Source of the DNA: Candidatus Dormiibacterota bacterium
Lineage (GTDB): Bacteria > Vulcanimicrobiota > Vulcanimicrobiia > Vulcanimicrobiales > Vulcanimicrobiaceae
Length of the DNA: 43,561 bases
Direction: 5' to 3'
Assembly: GCA_035532035.1 (NCBI GenBank)
Contig: DATKRS010000026.1
Location: 1 to 43,561, forward strand
Shown here: in pieces, positions 34,861 through 43,561 of the stretch
Layout of the letters: the number at the start of each line of letters is the position of its first letter
Numbering within the stretch: the first letter of the stretch is position 1
Notes under the pieces: model-generated
Databases searched by the model: none
Told to the model about the DNA's origin: nothing
Seen by the model: the letters and a program-made list of their open reading frames with translations, nothing else
Program-made: the position numbers and the translations under genes

Positions 34861-35978
34861 CCGTTCTCGCGGCAATTTCGTGGCCGGCGCCTCCGCCGGG
34901 GTACGGCCCTTGGGAGCAGATCGCGTACAACACGGCTGAAGGCATGCGCCGCCGCGGCCACGACGTCACCCTCTTCGCGACCGCGAACTCGCGCTTCTCC
35001 GGCAAGCTCGTCTCCGTCGCTCCCGTCGGCTTGAATCAAGACCCGGCGCTCGACGGCGGGGTCTTCACGGCGCTGCACGTCGCTGAGCTCTTCAAACGCG
35101 CCGGTGAGTTCGATCTCATCCACAATCATTTCGACTGGAAACCGATGACGTACGCGCTCGCGACGAAGACGCCTCCGCTCGTGACCACGATTCACGGCTT
35201 CTCGTCGCCGCAGATTCTCGCCGCGTACTACGCATGCGCGCACCGAAGCTTCTTCTGCTCGATCAGCGACGCCGATCGCGATCCCGGCCTCTCGTATCTC
35301 GCGACCACCTACAACGGGATCGACCCGGCGCAGTTCACCTTCAACGATCGGCCCGGCGAGTACCTCGTCTTCCTCGGGCGCTTTCACCCCGAAAAGGGCG
35401 CGCATCTCGCTATCGAGATCGCACGGCGCGCCGGCGTCCGCTTGAAGATCGCCGCCATCCAACAGGACGAGGCATATTTTCGCACCATGGTCGCACCGCA
35501 TATCGACGGCGACCGCGTGCAATTCCTCGGCGCAGTCGAGCGCGAGGCGCGCGACGAGCTCTTGCGCAACGCCCTAGCGCTCGTGCACATGACGACGCGG
35601 CCTGAACGCTTCGGGCTCACGCTGATCGAGGCGATGGCATGCGGAACTCCCGTGCTCGGCGCGCGCATGGGTTCGATCCCGGAGATCGTCGTCGACGGCG
35701 TAACCGGCTTTCTCTGTGACGACGTCTCGGACGCGGTGGCGCGCGCGCAGCAGCTCGCGTCGCTCGACCGGCGCGCGTGCCGCGCGCGCGTCGAGGCCGA
35801 GTTCACCATCGAGCGCATGGTCGATCGTTACTGCGCCGCCTACGAGCGCGCGCTCGGCTTAGCCCTTCCCCCCGCCCCCACGCCGCAAGAGCTGCGGTGG
35901 CGCGCGCACGACTGGTGGGACCGCCCCATGGCGTATACGGACATACCGCCAAAGCCGGCGAGTCTCACGTTTCGCTGA
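34851..35978 (+). CDS. glycosyltransferase family 4
   Basis: Track ORF 34152..35978. The GT4 fold begins at VRLAVLAAISWPAPPPGYGPWEQIAY (GTG 34851, overlapping the amidohydrolase stop). It has the EX7E-type C-terminal motif (FGLTLIEAMACGTPVLGARMGSIPEIVVDGVTGFL). Confidence 0.8.
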   Translation: MRLAVLAAISWPAPPPGYGPWEQIAYNTAEGMRRRGHDVTLFATANSRFSGKLVSVAPVGLNQDPALDGGVFTALHVAELFKRAGEFDLIHNHFDWKPMTYALATKTPPLVTTIHGFSSPQILAAYYACAHRSFFCSISDADRDPGLSYLATTYNGIDPAQFTFNDRPGEYLVFLGRFHPEKGAHLAIEIARRAGVRLKIAAIQQDEAYFRTMVAPHIDGDRVQFLGAVEREARDELLRNALALVHMTTRPERFGLTLIEAMACGTPVLGARMGSIPEIVVDGVTGFLCDDVSDAVARAQQLASLDRRACRARVEAEFTIERMVDRYCAAYERALGLALPPAPTPQELRWRAHDWWDRPMAYTDIPPKPASLTFR

Positions 35979-35990
35979 CGCAAACGCGCG

Positions 35991-37121
35991 CTACGACCAG
36001 AAGAGCTTTGCGCGCGCTGCCTGCGCCCGCAGCAGTGCCGCGTCGTCGATAGGGCCGTCGACGATCGTCGTAAAGTGCCCCATCTTTCGGCGCGCGACTG
36101 CGTGCCGCTTACCGTACACGTGCAGCACGATCGCGGGATCCGACAAGAGCTCGGCGACGCCGCCGAGCCGATCGCCGCGGCCGTCTCCGAGCACGTTGGT
36201 CATGATCGCGCGCGAGAACATCCGCGGAGGCGAGAGCGGAAGCCCGCAGATGGCGCGCACGTGCTGCTCGTACTGGGAGCAGGGCGTCACGTCGATCGTG
36301 AAGTGCCCGCTGTTGTGCGGACGCGGCGCGATCTCGTTGCCGAGCAGCTCGCCGGCGCGCGTCAAAAAGAACTCGACGCAGTACGTCCCAACGATTCCCA
36401 AGCGCTGCCCGACGTTCCGCGCCAGCTCCTGCGCCCGCAATGCTATTTCATCGTCGATGCGTGCCGGCGCGACCGTCGTCATGAGGATTCCGTCCTCGTG
36501 GACGTTCTCGGCGACGGGGAACGTGACGGCCTCGTCGTCGCTCGCGCGCGCCGCTACGACGCTCAGCTCGCACGCACAATCGACTGCGCGCTCCACGATC
36601 ACCGCCGCGCCGCCGGCGTCGCGCAGCACGTTCTCTGCCTCGGCGCGCGACGCCGCACGCCACTGCCCCTTTCCGTCGTAGCCGCCGCGCACCGTCTTGA
36701 TGACCACGGGCAAGCCCGCGATTGCGAGGGCGGCGTCGAGCTCCTCCGGGCGCTCGACGGTGGCGAACTCCGTCGTCGGCACACCGCAGGCGCGCAGAAA
36801 CGCTTTCTCCGCGGCGCGGTCTTGCGTCACGCGCAAGACGCTGCCGGCCGGCGTGACGCGATATCCGTGCTGCTCCAGGTGCCCGACCGAATCGATCGCA
36901 ATGTTTTCGAACTCGTACGTGACGATCTGCGTTCGGCGGCCAAGCTCTTCGATCGCCGCGAGATCGCCGTACGCCGCCACGATCTGCTCGTCCGCAACCT
37001 GGCCGCACGGCGAATGCGGCTGTGGATCGAGCACGACGACGCGGTACCCCATCCGCTTTGCGACGAGCGCGAGCATGCGGCCGAGCTGGCCGCCGCCGAT
37101 GACGCCGATCGCCTCGATCAC
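35991..37121 (-). CDS. purK: N5-carboxyaminoimidazole ribonucleotide synthase
   Basis: Track ORF 35991..38453. Only the C-terminal 376 aa are PurK ([19 protein letters not shown]-grasp, C-terminal HVYGK). The GTG at 37121 overlaps the purE TGA (GTGA). The upstream 440 aa of the track ORF are antisense read-through over the GH5 gene. Confidence 0.85.
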   Translation of the reverse strand: MIEAIGVIGGGQLGRMLALVAKRMGYRVVVLDPQPHSPCGQVADEQIVAAYGDLAAIEELGRRTQIVTYEFENIAIDSVGHLEQHGYRVTPAGSVLRVTQDRAAEKAFLRACGVPTTEFATVERPEELDAALAIAGLPVVIKTVRGGYDGKGQWRAASRAEAENVLRDAGGAAVIVERAVDCACELSVVAARASDDEAVTFPVAENVHEDGILMTTVAPARIDDEIALRAQELARNVGQRLGIVGTYCVEFFLTRAGELLGNEIAPRPHNSGHFTIDVTPCSQYEQHVRAICGLPLSPPRMFSRAIMTNVLGDGRGDRLGGVAELLSDPAIVLHVYGKRHAVARRKMGHFTTIVDGPIDDAALLRAQAARAKLFWS

Positions 37122-37603
37122 GGCGTGCTGTCGGCGGCGTCGTCCCGCATCTTGCGCACGTAGGCCAAGAGGCGGGCTCCGATGAGCTCGTCGTGCAGTG
37201 CGAGAATGCGCGCGGCCAGGAGCGCGGCGTTGACCGCGCCGCCGATCGCCATCGTCGCGACCGGCACGCCGGGCGGCATTTGCACGATGGAAAGAAATGC
37301 GTCGACGCCATTCAAAGCCTTCGATGCGATCGGCACGCCGATCACCGGGAGCAGGGTCTTCGACGCCGTCATGCCGGGAAGGTGCGCCGCACCACCCGCG
37401 GCTGCGATGATGACGCGTAGGCCGCGTTCCTGAGCGCTCGACGCGTACTCGAACATTTCGTCGGGCATGCGGTGCGCCGACACGACGCGCGCGTCGTAGG
37501 GGATGCCGAGCTCCGCGAGCGTGTCGCGCGCGGGCCCGAGCGCATCCCAATCGGAACGGCTCCCCATGATGATGCCGACCATCGCGCGCCCGGTTTGCGC
37601 CAT
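37118..37603 (-). CDS. purE: N5-CAIR mutase (PurE)
   Basis: Track ORF 37118..37666. It carries the PurE motifs ([23 protein letters not shown], a C-terminal helix). I chose the start at the ATG at 37603 ([11 protein letters not shown]); the ATG at 37582 is also possible. Confidence 0.8.
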   Translation of the reverse strand: MAQTGRAMVGIIMGSRSDWDALGPARDTLAELGIPYDARVVSAHRMPDEMFEYASSAQERGLRVIIAAAGGAAHLPGMTASKTLLPVIGVPIASKALNGVDAFLSIVQMPPGVPVATMAIGGAVNAALLAARILALHDELIGARLLAYVRKMRDDAADSTP

Positions 37604-37640
37604 CGCGGAGCGGTTCGCCCCGGCGTCGAAGGAACCTCGC

Positions 37641-38813
37641 ATGCCGCGCTTTCTCGTGGGCGTCAACTACTGGCCCCGCCGCACCGCCATGTACGCGTGG
37701 CAGCGCTTCGATCTTGGGGAGATGCGCGAGGATTTCACGCGCATGCGCGCGCTCGGTTTCGACGTCGTGCGCTTCTTTCTCACCTGGGAGGCATTCGCTC
37801 CGCATCGCGACGCGATCGACGGCGCCGCGTTGCGCCGGTTCGACGCCGCGATGCAGGCGCTCGCAGACGCGCGGCTGCTCGCGATACCGACGCTCTTCTG
37901 CGGGCACATGAGCGGCGTCAACTGGCTTCCCGCCTGGACGCTCGATCGCAACGCGCCGCACGGACGCTTTCGCACGATCGCCGGCGGCTCGAGCTCGCCG
38001 TACGGCATCGGCGACTTCTACGCCGACGAGGATCTCGTGGCGGCGCAGCTGCGCCTCGCGCGCGCCGTCGGCGAGCGCGCGAACGGGCACGCGGCACTGC
38101 TTGCGTGGGATCTCGGAAACGAGTTCTCCAACCTGCGCGCCCCGCGAACGCCGCTCGACGCCGCCGCGTGGAGCGCCGCGCTCTGCGAAACGCTGCTCGA
38201 GGCATCGGGTGCCGGCTGCACCGCGGGCACCCACGGCGAAGACGTGGAGAACGACCGCGCCATTCGGCCGTCGTCGCTCGCGGCACGATTTTCTTTTGCA
38301 AGCATGCACGGGTACCCCGTCTACGCAACGTTTTCGCGCGGTCGTACGGACGCAAACGTCGTGCCGTTCTACGACGCGCTGATGCGCGCGTTCAGCGCTA
38401 AGCGCGTGCTCTTCACGGAGTTCGGCAATCCGCAGTGCCCGCCGGGCGCCCACGACGTGGGCGGTATCGGATGCCTTACCGAAGACGAGATGGCGGCGTA
38501 CGCGCGCGCGGCGCTAGAGCGCCTCGTGCGGCGCGGCGCGATCGGCGCGCTCTGGTGGTGCTGGGCCGATTACGATCCGTCGCTCGCCGGCCTGCCCCCT
38601 TTCGACACCGCGCCGCACGAGCTGCGCTTCGGCATCGTCCGGTCCGACGGCAGCGAGAAGCCCGTCGCAAAAGCGCTCTCCGACTTCGCCCGGGAGGCGC
38701 GCACCGTAACCGACGCACCGCAGCTCCAGATCGCCCGCGAGCAAGAGTATTACGCCTCTCTGCCGCAAGCAATCTTCGATGCCTACGACGCGTACTGCCG
38801 CACCTATGCCTGA
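37641..38813 (+). CDS. glycoside hydrolase, clan GH-A TIM-barrel (GH5-like; mannanase/cellulase-type)
   Basis: Track ORF 37503..38813. The start is at [12 protein letters not shown] (ATG 37641, AAGGAA upstream). The acid/base Glu lies in WDLGNEFS and the nucleophile Glu in LFTEFG, and there is a Trp-rich C-terminus. Family assignment is by motif pattern only. Confidence 0.6.
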   Translation: MPRFLVGVNYWPRRTAMYAWQRFDLGEMREDFTRMRALGFDVVRFFLTWEAFAPHRDAIDGAALRRFDAAMQALADARLLAIPTLFCGHMSGVNWLPAWTLDRNAPHGRFRTIAGGSSSPYGIGDFYADEDLVAAQLRLARAVGERANGHAALLAWDLGNEFSNLRAPRTPLDAAAWSAALCETLLEASGAGCTAGTHGEDVENDRAIRPSSLAARFSFASMHGYPVYATFSRGRTDANVVPFYDALMRAFSAKRVLFTEFGNPQCPPGAHDVGGIGCLTEDEMAAYARAALERLVRRGAIGALWWCWADYDPSLAGLPPFDTAPHELRFGIVRSDGSEKPVAKALSDFAREARTVTDAPQLQIAREQEYYASLPQAIFDAYDAYCRTYA

Positions 38814-39900
38814 GGGCCGCGTCATGGTCGTCACGGGCGCCTCATCCGGCATCGGCCGGGCGCTCGCCATTGCCGCCGCGCACGCGGGGTGGCGTGTGCT
38901 GCTCGTCGCGCGCCGGCGCGAGCGCCTCACGGCGCTGCAGGAGGAGATCGCGGCAGCGGGCGGCAGCGCGGAAATGCTCGTCGCGGACGTCTGCGCGGCG
39001 GATACGCCGCACCGCATCGTCGAGAACGCGATGCGCTCGTTCGGCCGCGTCGACGTCGTCGTCAATAATGCCGGGAACGGCGCGAACGGAAGACTGCTCG
39101 ACCAGAGCGACGAAGCGCTCGAGGCGCAGTGGCAGACGCACGTCGCAGCGCCGTTGCGCATTTCGCGAGCGGCGCTGCCGGCACTGCGCGCGTCGCGCGG
39201 AGGGCTGGTCTTCGTCGGATCGGGCTTGGCACGCGTGCCCGCGCCGTACTACGGCGCGTACTGCACGGCGAAGACGGCGATTCGTGGCGCCGCGACGCAG
39301 CTACGCCGCGAGCTGCGGCCCGAAGGCATCGCCGTGACGTACGTCGATCCCGGTGCGGTCGACACCGAATTCTCGCAAAGCGCGGGCAAGCAGCGCGAAC
39401 GCGACGCGATCGCCGTGAAGCCGGAGCGCGTCGCGCGAGCGATGCTGCGCGGCATCGAGCAACGTGCGCGCGTCGTGAACGCGGTGCCGGCGCACGCCCT
39501 CGTAGCGATGCTCGGCGAGTTCTTCCCACGTATCGCGGATGCCGCGATCGTACGCTTCGTCAGCGTTCCCGCACCCGAGCCTCCGAAGCCGGCGTTTGCA
39601 CCCACGACGCCGCTCGTCGCTGCGCCGCAGCCGGTTCTCGGTTCGAGCAACGAGTTCGACGCCGCGCTCGCGCCGCTCGCGCGCCGCATGGAGCGCGTAA
39701 AGCTGACGCCCGCGTTCGTGCGCGGTTTGTTGAACGCAGGCACGAGTATCGATTTCGGCGACGCGGCGATGCGCTGGGCTGGGATGCCGAACAAGAACGA
39801 GCGCGCCGCGCTGCACGAGGTCTTCGAGGCGCTCGCCGCCGCAGGCTACTTGGAGAGCGCGGGCGACGAAACGTGGGTCGTGCGGCGCGCCGCCGACTGA
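38806..39900 (+). CDS. SDR-family oxidoreductase with a roughly 110-aa C-terminal extension
   Basis: Track ORF 38779..39900. The start is at [19 protein letters not shown] (ATG 38806, overlapping the GH5 stop). It has the catalytic YxxxK (YGAYCTAK) and NNAG motifs. After a Pro-rich linker (PAPEPPKPAFAPTTP) there is an extra domain, which converges on and overlaps znuB by 55 nt. Confidence 0.8.
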   Translation: MPEGRVMVVTGASSGIGRALAIAAAHAGWRVLLVARRRERLTALQEEIAAAGGSAEMLVADVCAADTPHRIVENAMRSFGRVDVVVNNAGNGANGRLLDQSDEALEAQWQTHVAAPLRISRAALPALRASRGGLVFVGSGLARVPAPYYGAYCTAKTAIRGAATQLRRELRPEGIAVTYVDPGAVDTEFSQSAGKQRERDAIAVKPERVARAMLRGIEQRARVVNAVPAHALVAMLGEFFPRIADAAIVRFVSVPAPEPPKPAFAPTTPLVAAPQPVLGSSNEFDAALAPLARRMERVKLTPAFVRGLLNAGTSIDFGDAAMRWAGMPNKNERAALHEVFEALAAAGYLESAGDETWVVRRAAD

Positions 39901-40706
39901 CGCACGCTGCGTATCGCAAGCGCGAGAAAGAAGAGCACGGTCGTGAAGAGTACGATCGTCGCGCCGCTGGATCCGCGCGCGTAGTATGAGAGATAGAGGC
40001 CGCCGAGAGAGCTCGCGGCGCCAAACGTCATGGAGAGGATGAACATCGGAGCGAAGCGCTTCGTGAGCTGATAGGCCGCGGCAGCAGGCGTGACGAGGAG
40101 CGCTGCGACGAGAACGATGCCGACCGATTGGATGCCGATGATGACGGTGAGGGCGACGAGCACGAGCAGCACGTACTCGTACGCGCCCGACCGGATTCCG
40201 CACGCCTGCGCGACGACGGGATCGAACGTCGTGCAGAGCAGCCCGCGATAGAGCACGAACAACGCGAGCGCGACGGCGAACGTGAGGCTGAGGATCATGA
40301 CGACGTCACTCGGCTGCACGGCGAGAATGTCCCCGAAGAGAAAGCTCTCGAGGTCGACGGCGTAGTTGCTCTGACGGCTCATGAGAAAGACGCCGAGTGC
40401 GAAAGCACCCGTGAAGAGCACGCCGATCGACGTGTCCATCGAGATGCGCCCGCGCCGGTGCACGAAGCCGATGCCAAGCGCCGTCAGCACCGCGACGACG
40501 GCCGCGCCGAGATAGTAGTTCGAGCCGCGCAGATAGGCGATGACGATCCCGGCAAACGACGCGTGCGCGATGCCGTCGCCGATGAACGCGAGCCGGCGCA
40601 GGATCACGAAGGTTCCCATGCCTGCGCAGAGGACGCCCACGGCGAGCGCCGCGATCGCGGCGCGCACCATGAACGGGTAGTGAAATGGCTGCGCGAGAAG
40701 CGTCAC
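39846..40706 (-). CDS. znuB: metal (zinc/manganese) ABC transporter permease
   Basis: Track ORF 39846..41210. The permease starts at VTLLAQPFHYPFMVRAAIAALAVG (GTG 40706, overlapping the znuC TGA). It has 8 TM helices, which is the ZnuB/TroCD pattern. Confidence 0.8.
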   Translation of the reverse strand: MTLLAQPFHYPFMVRAAIAALAVGVLCAGMGTFVILRRLAFIGDGIAHASFAGIVIAYLRGSNYYLGAAVVAVLTALGIGFVHRRGRISMDTSIGVLFTGAFALGVFLMSRQSNYAVDLESFLFGDILAVQPSDVVMILSLTFAVALALFVLYRGLLCTTFDPVVAQACGIRSGAYEYVLLVLVALTVIIGIQSVGIVLVAALLVTPAAAAYQLTKRFAPMFILSMTFGAASSLGGLYLSYYARGSSGATIVLFTTVLFFLALAIRSVRQSAARRTTHVSSPALSK

Positions 40707-41488
40707 GGACGAATCTCGGGATGGAACGCGTGCGTTTCGTGCACCTCGTGGTCCAGGCGGAGATGCCCGTGGGTGTGCACGTGCTCGCGAATCGACACGT
40801 AGGCGCCGCCTTCCACGACATCGTGCGGTTTCCCGAGCGCGAGCACGCGGCGATCGAGCACCATCAGGCGATCGAACCACCGTTCGACGCTCTCGAGATC
40901 GTGCGTCGACATCAGGACCGGCAGCCCGCCGCGCACGAGCGCGCGCACCACCTCCCGCAGGGTCTCTTCGGTAGCCGCGTCGACGCCCGTCGTCGGCTCG
41001 TCGAGCAGCAAGAGCCGCGGCTCCTGCGCGAGCGCGCGCGCGACGAAGACGCGCTGCTGCTGCCCCCCGGAAAGCTCGGCGATGTGCCGGTGCGCGAGTT
41101 CGCGCATACCGACGGCCTGGAGTGCTTGTTCGACCGCGGCACGGTCGTCGGCGCCGAACCGGTTCCAAAAGCGCAAGCGCGGAAAGCGCCCCATCGAGAC
41201 GACGTCCCACACGTTTGCGGGAAACGACCAGTCGACGGTCTCGACTTGCGGGACGTAGGCGATGCTCCCGACGCGCACGCGACGCGGGTCGCTGCCGAGC
41301 ACGCGCAGCGTGCCGCCGGCGACCGGGACGAGGCCGGCGATGCTCTTGAGCAGCGTGGATTTTCCGGACCCGTTTGGGCCGACGATGCCGAGCGCCTCTC
41401 CCGTCGACACGTCGAACGTGAGCCGGTCGAGTGCGACGAAGTCATCGTACCGCACGACGAGGTCGCGCGCTTCGACCACGGGCGTCAT
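40703..41488 (-). CDS. znuC: metal ABC transporter ATP-binding protein
   Basis: Track ORF 40703..41854. The ATPase starts at MTPVVEARDLVV (ATG 41488, overlapping the znuA TGA as ATGA). It has Walker A (GPNGSGKST), the signature motif (LSGGQQQRV) and Walker B (LLLLDEP), plus a His-rich C-terminus (HVHTHGHLRLDHEVHETHAFH). Confidence 0.85.
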   Translation of the reverse strand: MTPVVEARDLVVRYDDFVALDRLTFDVSTGEALGIVGPNGSGKSTLLKSIAGLVPVAGGTLRVLGSDPRRVRVGSIAYVPQVETVDWSFPANVWDVVSMGRFPRLRFWNRFGADDRAAVEQALQAVGMRELAHRHIAELSGGQQQRVFVARALAQEPRLLLLDEPTTGVDAATEETLREVVRALVRGGLPVLMSTHDLESVERWFDRLMVLDRRVLALGKPHDVVEGGAYVSIREHVHTHGHLRLDHEVHETHAFHPEIRP

Positions 41489-42372
41489 CGCATCGACTTC
41501 ACGATCTCTCGCGTATCGTAGCGCAGCATAGAGATGTAGTCGCCGACTTGCGGGTTCGTGCCGATGGAGTCGTCGTAGAGGTTTGCGACGACGGGGACTC
41601 CCGCGTCGCGCGCGAGCGTCATCGCGAGCTTCGGGCTGTACTCCGGCTCGCCAAAGATCGCGCCGACGTGATACCGCTTCGCGAGATCGACCGTGTGACC
41701 GAAGTCGCGCGGATTCGGCTCTTGCCCGGGCGCCTCTTCGATGATGCCGAGCGTCCTGATCCCGAAGCGATCGTCGTAATACTGCCACGCGTTGTGAAAG
41801 ACGACGAGCAGGCGCCGCGACGGAGGGACCGGCGCGATCTGCACCCGGATCCACGCGGCGAGCGCGTCGAGCCGCCGATCGTAGGCGGCGGCGTTGCGAT
41901 CGTACTCACCCCGACGGGACGGATCGAGTCTGACCAGAGCGGCGCGAATGCGTGCGACGTAATGCTTGGCATACACCGGATCCATCCAGAGATGCGGGTT
42001 GCTGCCTTTGACCGGGAGACCTTGCGAGCAATCAACGACGACGGCATCGGTGCGCGCGTTTTGCAGCAGGCCTTGCATCCACGTCTCGAGCCCGGCTCCG
42101 TTCTCCACCAGGAGCCGCGCGTTGGCGAGCATCTCGATGCTCTGCGGCGTGGGCTGATAGGTCTCGGGTGAGGACCCGACCGGCACGATGCTCTGTACGC
42201 TGACGCGCTTGCCTCCGACGCCTTGCACGAAGGAGTTGAGCGTCGAGATCGTCGTCACGACGGGAATTGGGCCTTGCAACGGCGCGCTGCTCCGCGATGC
42301 GGTGCCGCCGCCGCTCGCACACGCGACGAGCGCGAGGAGGATCGCCGCAAAGAGCGCGCGCGTCAGCGGCAT
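41485..42372 (-). CDS. znuA: metal ABC transporter substrate-binding lipoprotein (ZnuA/TroA family)
   Basis: Track ORF 41485..42492. The start is at MPLTRALFAAILLALVACASGG (lipobox LVAC), at ATG 42372, which lies 10 nt inside the zur 3' end. It has TroA-fold blocks (NPHLWMDP, FHNAWQYY, GEPEYSPK). Confidence 0.8.
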   Translation of the reverse strand: MPLTRALFAAILLALVACASGGGTASRSSAPLQGPIPVVTTISTLNSFVQGVGGKRVSVQSIVPVGSSPETYQPTPQSIEMLANARLLVENGAGLETWMQGLLQNARTDAVVVDCSQGLPVKGSNPHLWMDPVYAKHYVARIRAALVRLDPSRRGEYDRNAAAYDRRLDALAAWIRVQIAPVPPSRRLLVVFHNAWQYYDDRFGIRTLGIIEEAPGQEPNPRDFGHTVDLAKRYHVGAIFGEPEYSPKLAMTLARDAGVPVVANLYDDSIGTNPQVGDYISMLRYDTREIVKSMR

Positions 42373-42755
42373 GCCCGGCACCGGCCAAAGAACTCCATCG
42401 CGTGATCGTCGAGCCTGAAGCCGCGCGTCTTGCGCAGCGCCTGCGCGAAGCGATCGATAGCGGTGCAATCGACGTCCTCCACCTTGCCGCACGCGCGGCA
42501 GATCGCGTGATGGTGGTGGCGTTCGGGCTCGCAGTGCATGTAGCTCGCCTCGCCAGCGGCGTCGACGCGCTCGGTCACCTCGCCCCTCGAGCGCAGGCGC
42601 TCCAGCGTCCGATAGACGGTGGAGAGCGCGACGCGTGCGCGCGCCCGCTTCAGTTTCGCATGGATGTCGGCGGCCGTGAGGAATCGGCGCTCGTAGCGCA
42701 GGACGTTCGCGATCTCCTCACGCGGCCGCGTGACGTATTCGGCTCGCTCCGGCAT
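42363..42755 (-). CDS. zur: Fur-family zinc uptake regulator
   Basis: ORF track 42363..42755. It has a winged helix (ALSTVYRTLERL), HCEPERHHHHAICRACGKVEDVDC, and a C-terminal GRCRACR. It lies first in the znuACB operon. Confidence 0.8.
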   Translation of the reverse strand: MPERAEYVTRPREEIANVLRYERRFLTAADIHAKLKRARARVALSTVYRTLERLRSRGEVTERVDAAGEASYMHCEPERHHHHAICRACGKVEDVDCTAIDRFAQALRKTRGFRLDDHAMEFFGRCRACR

Positions 42756-42769
42756 CGTGCGCAGAGTTT

Positions 42770-42786
42770 TTGCGAATCGTTCGCAA
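42770..42786. promoter_or_regulatory. perfect 7-3-7 palindrome TTGCGAA-TCG-TTCGCAA 15-30 nt upstream of zur (candidate Zur/Fur-family operator)
   Basis: Read directly from the sequence. It sits in a 40-nt spacer between the upstream gene's stop and the zur start. It has Fur-box-like dyad symmetry, but its sequence differs from known Zur boxes. Confidence 0.4.
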
Positions 42787-42795
42787 GTCCTGCTT

Positions 42796-43437
42796 CTAGG
42801 GGGAAGGCGGCACGCACACGGCGACCTTCGCGGTCTCCATGTCGCGCCAGTACTGGGTGGAATCGGCGAGAGCTGGCAGCGTCAAGCCTGCCGCCGAAGC
42901 GCGCGCCTGCACCTTGGGCATGACCTCTTTGACGAGCGGCGCCGGCGTCGGGGTCGCCTCGCCGGGCAAGCGATCCGGACTGTTGAAGGTGGACGCGAGC
43001 GCGTACCACCCGAGCGCCAGCAACCCGGCGGGCGCCGTCGAGGCGGTCTGCGGGCAGTGCAGCAGCTCGTAGCGTTCGGGCGCGATGTCGGCCTCGAGCG
43101 CGTACGCCCACGCGATGACGCCGGCGAGCTGGTCCTGCACCGCCGGGCGCTCCGCAACCGTGCACATGTTGTGCAGGATGTCGTGCTCGAGTTGTGCTTC
43201 CTGGAGAATCGCATCGAGCTCTTGCTGGCGCTGGTTCAGATCGTTCAGGCTCGAACGCGGCGCGTGGCGGTCATCCGCCCGCACGTGATTTTCCAAGCGT
43301 TCCGCAACGTTGTGGTTGCAGCGTGGATTGATCGCCGCCACCCGCACCGGCGTCACGCTGCCCAGGCCCACCGCGCCGTCCGCGAGTATCGCAGCCGCCA
43401 ACACTGCAAGAATGCCTACCCGTCCTCCACGCTTCAT
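42796..43437 (-). CDS. secreted protein of unknown function
   Basis: ORF track 42796..43437. It has a signal peptide (MKRGGRVGILAVLAAAILADGAVG), a moderately His-rich N-terminal third and a Pro/Thr linker. I recognise no family motif. Confidence 0.5.
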   Translation of the reverse strand: MKRGGRVGILAVLAAAILADGAVGLGSVTPVRVAAINPRCNHNVAERLENHVRADDRHAPRSSLNDLNQRQQELDAILQEAQLEHDILHNMCTVAERPAVQDQLAGVIAWAYALEADIAPERYELLHCPQTASTAPAGLLALGWYALASTFNSPDRLPGEATPTPAPLVKEVMPKVQARASAAGLTLPALADSTQYWRDMETAKVAVCVPPSP

Positions 43438-43439
43438 TT

Positions 43440-43469
43440 TTGACAGGTGCTCACGAGCCAGCGTATAAT
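43440..43469 (+). promoter_or_regulatory. consensus sigma70 promoter (TTGACA, 18-nt spacer, TATAAT) for tRNA-Ala
   Basis: Read directly from the sequence. Both hexamers are perfect, and the -10 element ends 15 nt before the mature tRNA 5' end. Confidence 0.6.
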
Positions 43470-43484
43470 CCTTCGTCCGCCCGT

Positions 43485-43560
43485 GGGGATGTAGCTCAGC
43501 TGGTAGAGCACTTGCTTCGCATGTAAGGGGTCAGGGGTTCGAGTCCCCTCATCTCCACCA
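43485..43560 (+). tRNA. tRNA-Ala (anticodon CGC)
   Basis: The fold is a cloverleaf: acceptor stem GGGGATG/CATCTCC with the G3:U70 Ala identity pair; D-arm GCTC/GAGC; anticodon stem CTTGC/GTAAG with loop TTCGCAT (anticodon CGC); T-arm AGGGG-TTCGAGT-CCCCT; discriminator A; encoded CCA. Confidence 0.9.
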
Positions 43561-43561
43561 A

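Noticed and set aside
35979-35990. Possible bidirectional terminator between the convergent GT4 and purK genes
   Set aside because: Only 12 nt separate the two stops, and the best stem is GCG/CGC with a 4-nt loop, which is too weak to call. Convergent genes elsewhere in the window overlap outright.
37122-38453. N-terminal 440 aa of the 820-aa minus-strand ORF upstream of purK
   Set aside because: Only the C-terminal 376 aa align with PurK, and that portion starts at a GTG overlapping the purE stop. purE itself is in another frame on the same strand. The remainder is antisense read-through over the GH5-like gene.
1-43561. CRISPR arrays, IS elements, integrases, rRNA genes
   Set aside because: I saw no regularly spaced direct repeats, no transposase or integrase-like ORFs and no rRNA-like conserved stretches. 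The only RNA gene I could support is the terminal tRNA-Ala.

Overview
This is a 43.6-kb, very GC-rich (about 70%) bacterial chromosomal segment, densely packed with genes on both strands. Genes are often translationally coupled through overlapping GTGA or ATGA start/stop tetranucleotides, and GTG, TTG and even CTG starts are common. Most of the content is housekeeping. A minus-strand operon carries hemQ (coproheme decarboxylase), panE, dut and nrdR. dprA and argS follow on the plus strand. A partial pyrimidine operon (pyrK, pyrD, pyrF, pyrE) is fused to hisC, a GNAT acetyltransferase and an AI-2E transporter. A leucine-catabolism (liu) cluster holds the MCC beta and alpha subunits, methylglutaconyl-CoA hydratase and HMG-CoA lyase. 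The window also contains purE, purK, a zur-znuA-znuC-znuB zinc-uptake operon, and a tRNA-Ala(CGC) with a textbook promoter at the right edge. Four accessory modules stand out. (i) An ECF-sigma / anti-sigma / OmpR response regulator / histidine kinase module resembling sigE-cseABC, in which the kinase carries an extra transmembrane helix and a roughly 320-aa DUF4097-like beta-helical C-terminal domain. (ii) A three-gene operon (cytochrome b561-type subunit, a sulfite-oxidase-fold Moco lipoprotein, and a Cys-containing secreted protein), together with a PerR/Fur-like regulator, is inserted into the liu cluster. (iii) A coupled DUF1800 / DUF1501 / MBL-fold operon. (iv) A GntR (YtrA-like) / SPFH / secreted hydrolase unit driven by an AT-rich promoter that contains GACAA repeats. 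Small features absent from the ORF track are a 49-aa zinc-ribbon protein next to a candidate NrdR box and promoter, and a 46-aa ORF with a perfect Shine-Dalgarno sequence lying divergent from pyrK. Many long ORFs in the track are antisense or read-through artefacts typical of high-GC DNA and were trimmed or rejected. Coordinates for features I located by eye rather than by ORF-track arithmetic may be off by 1-2 nt.
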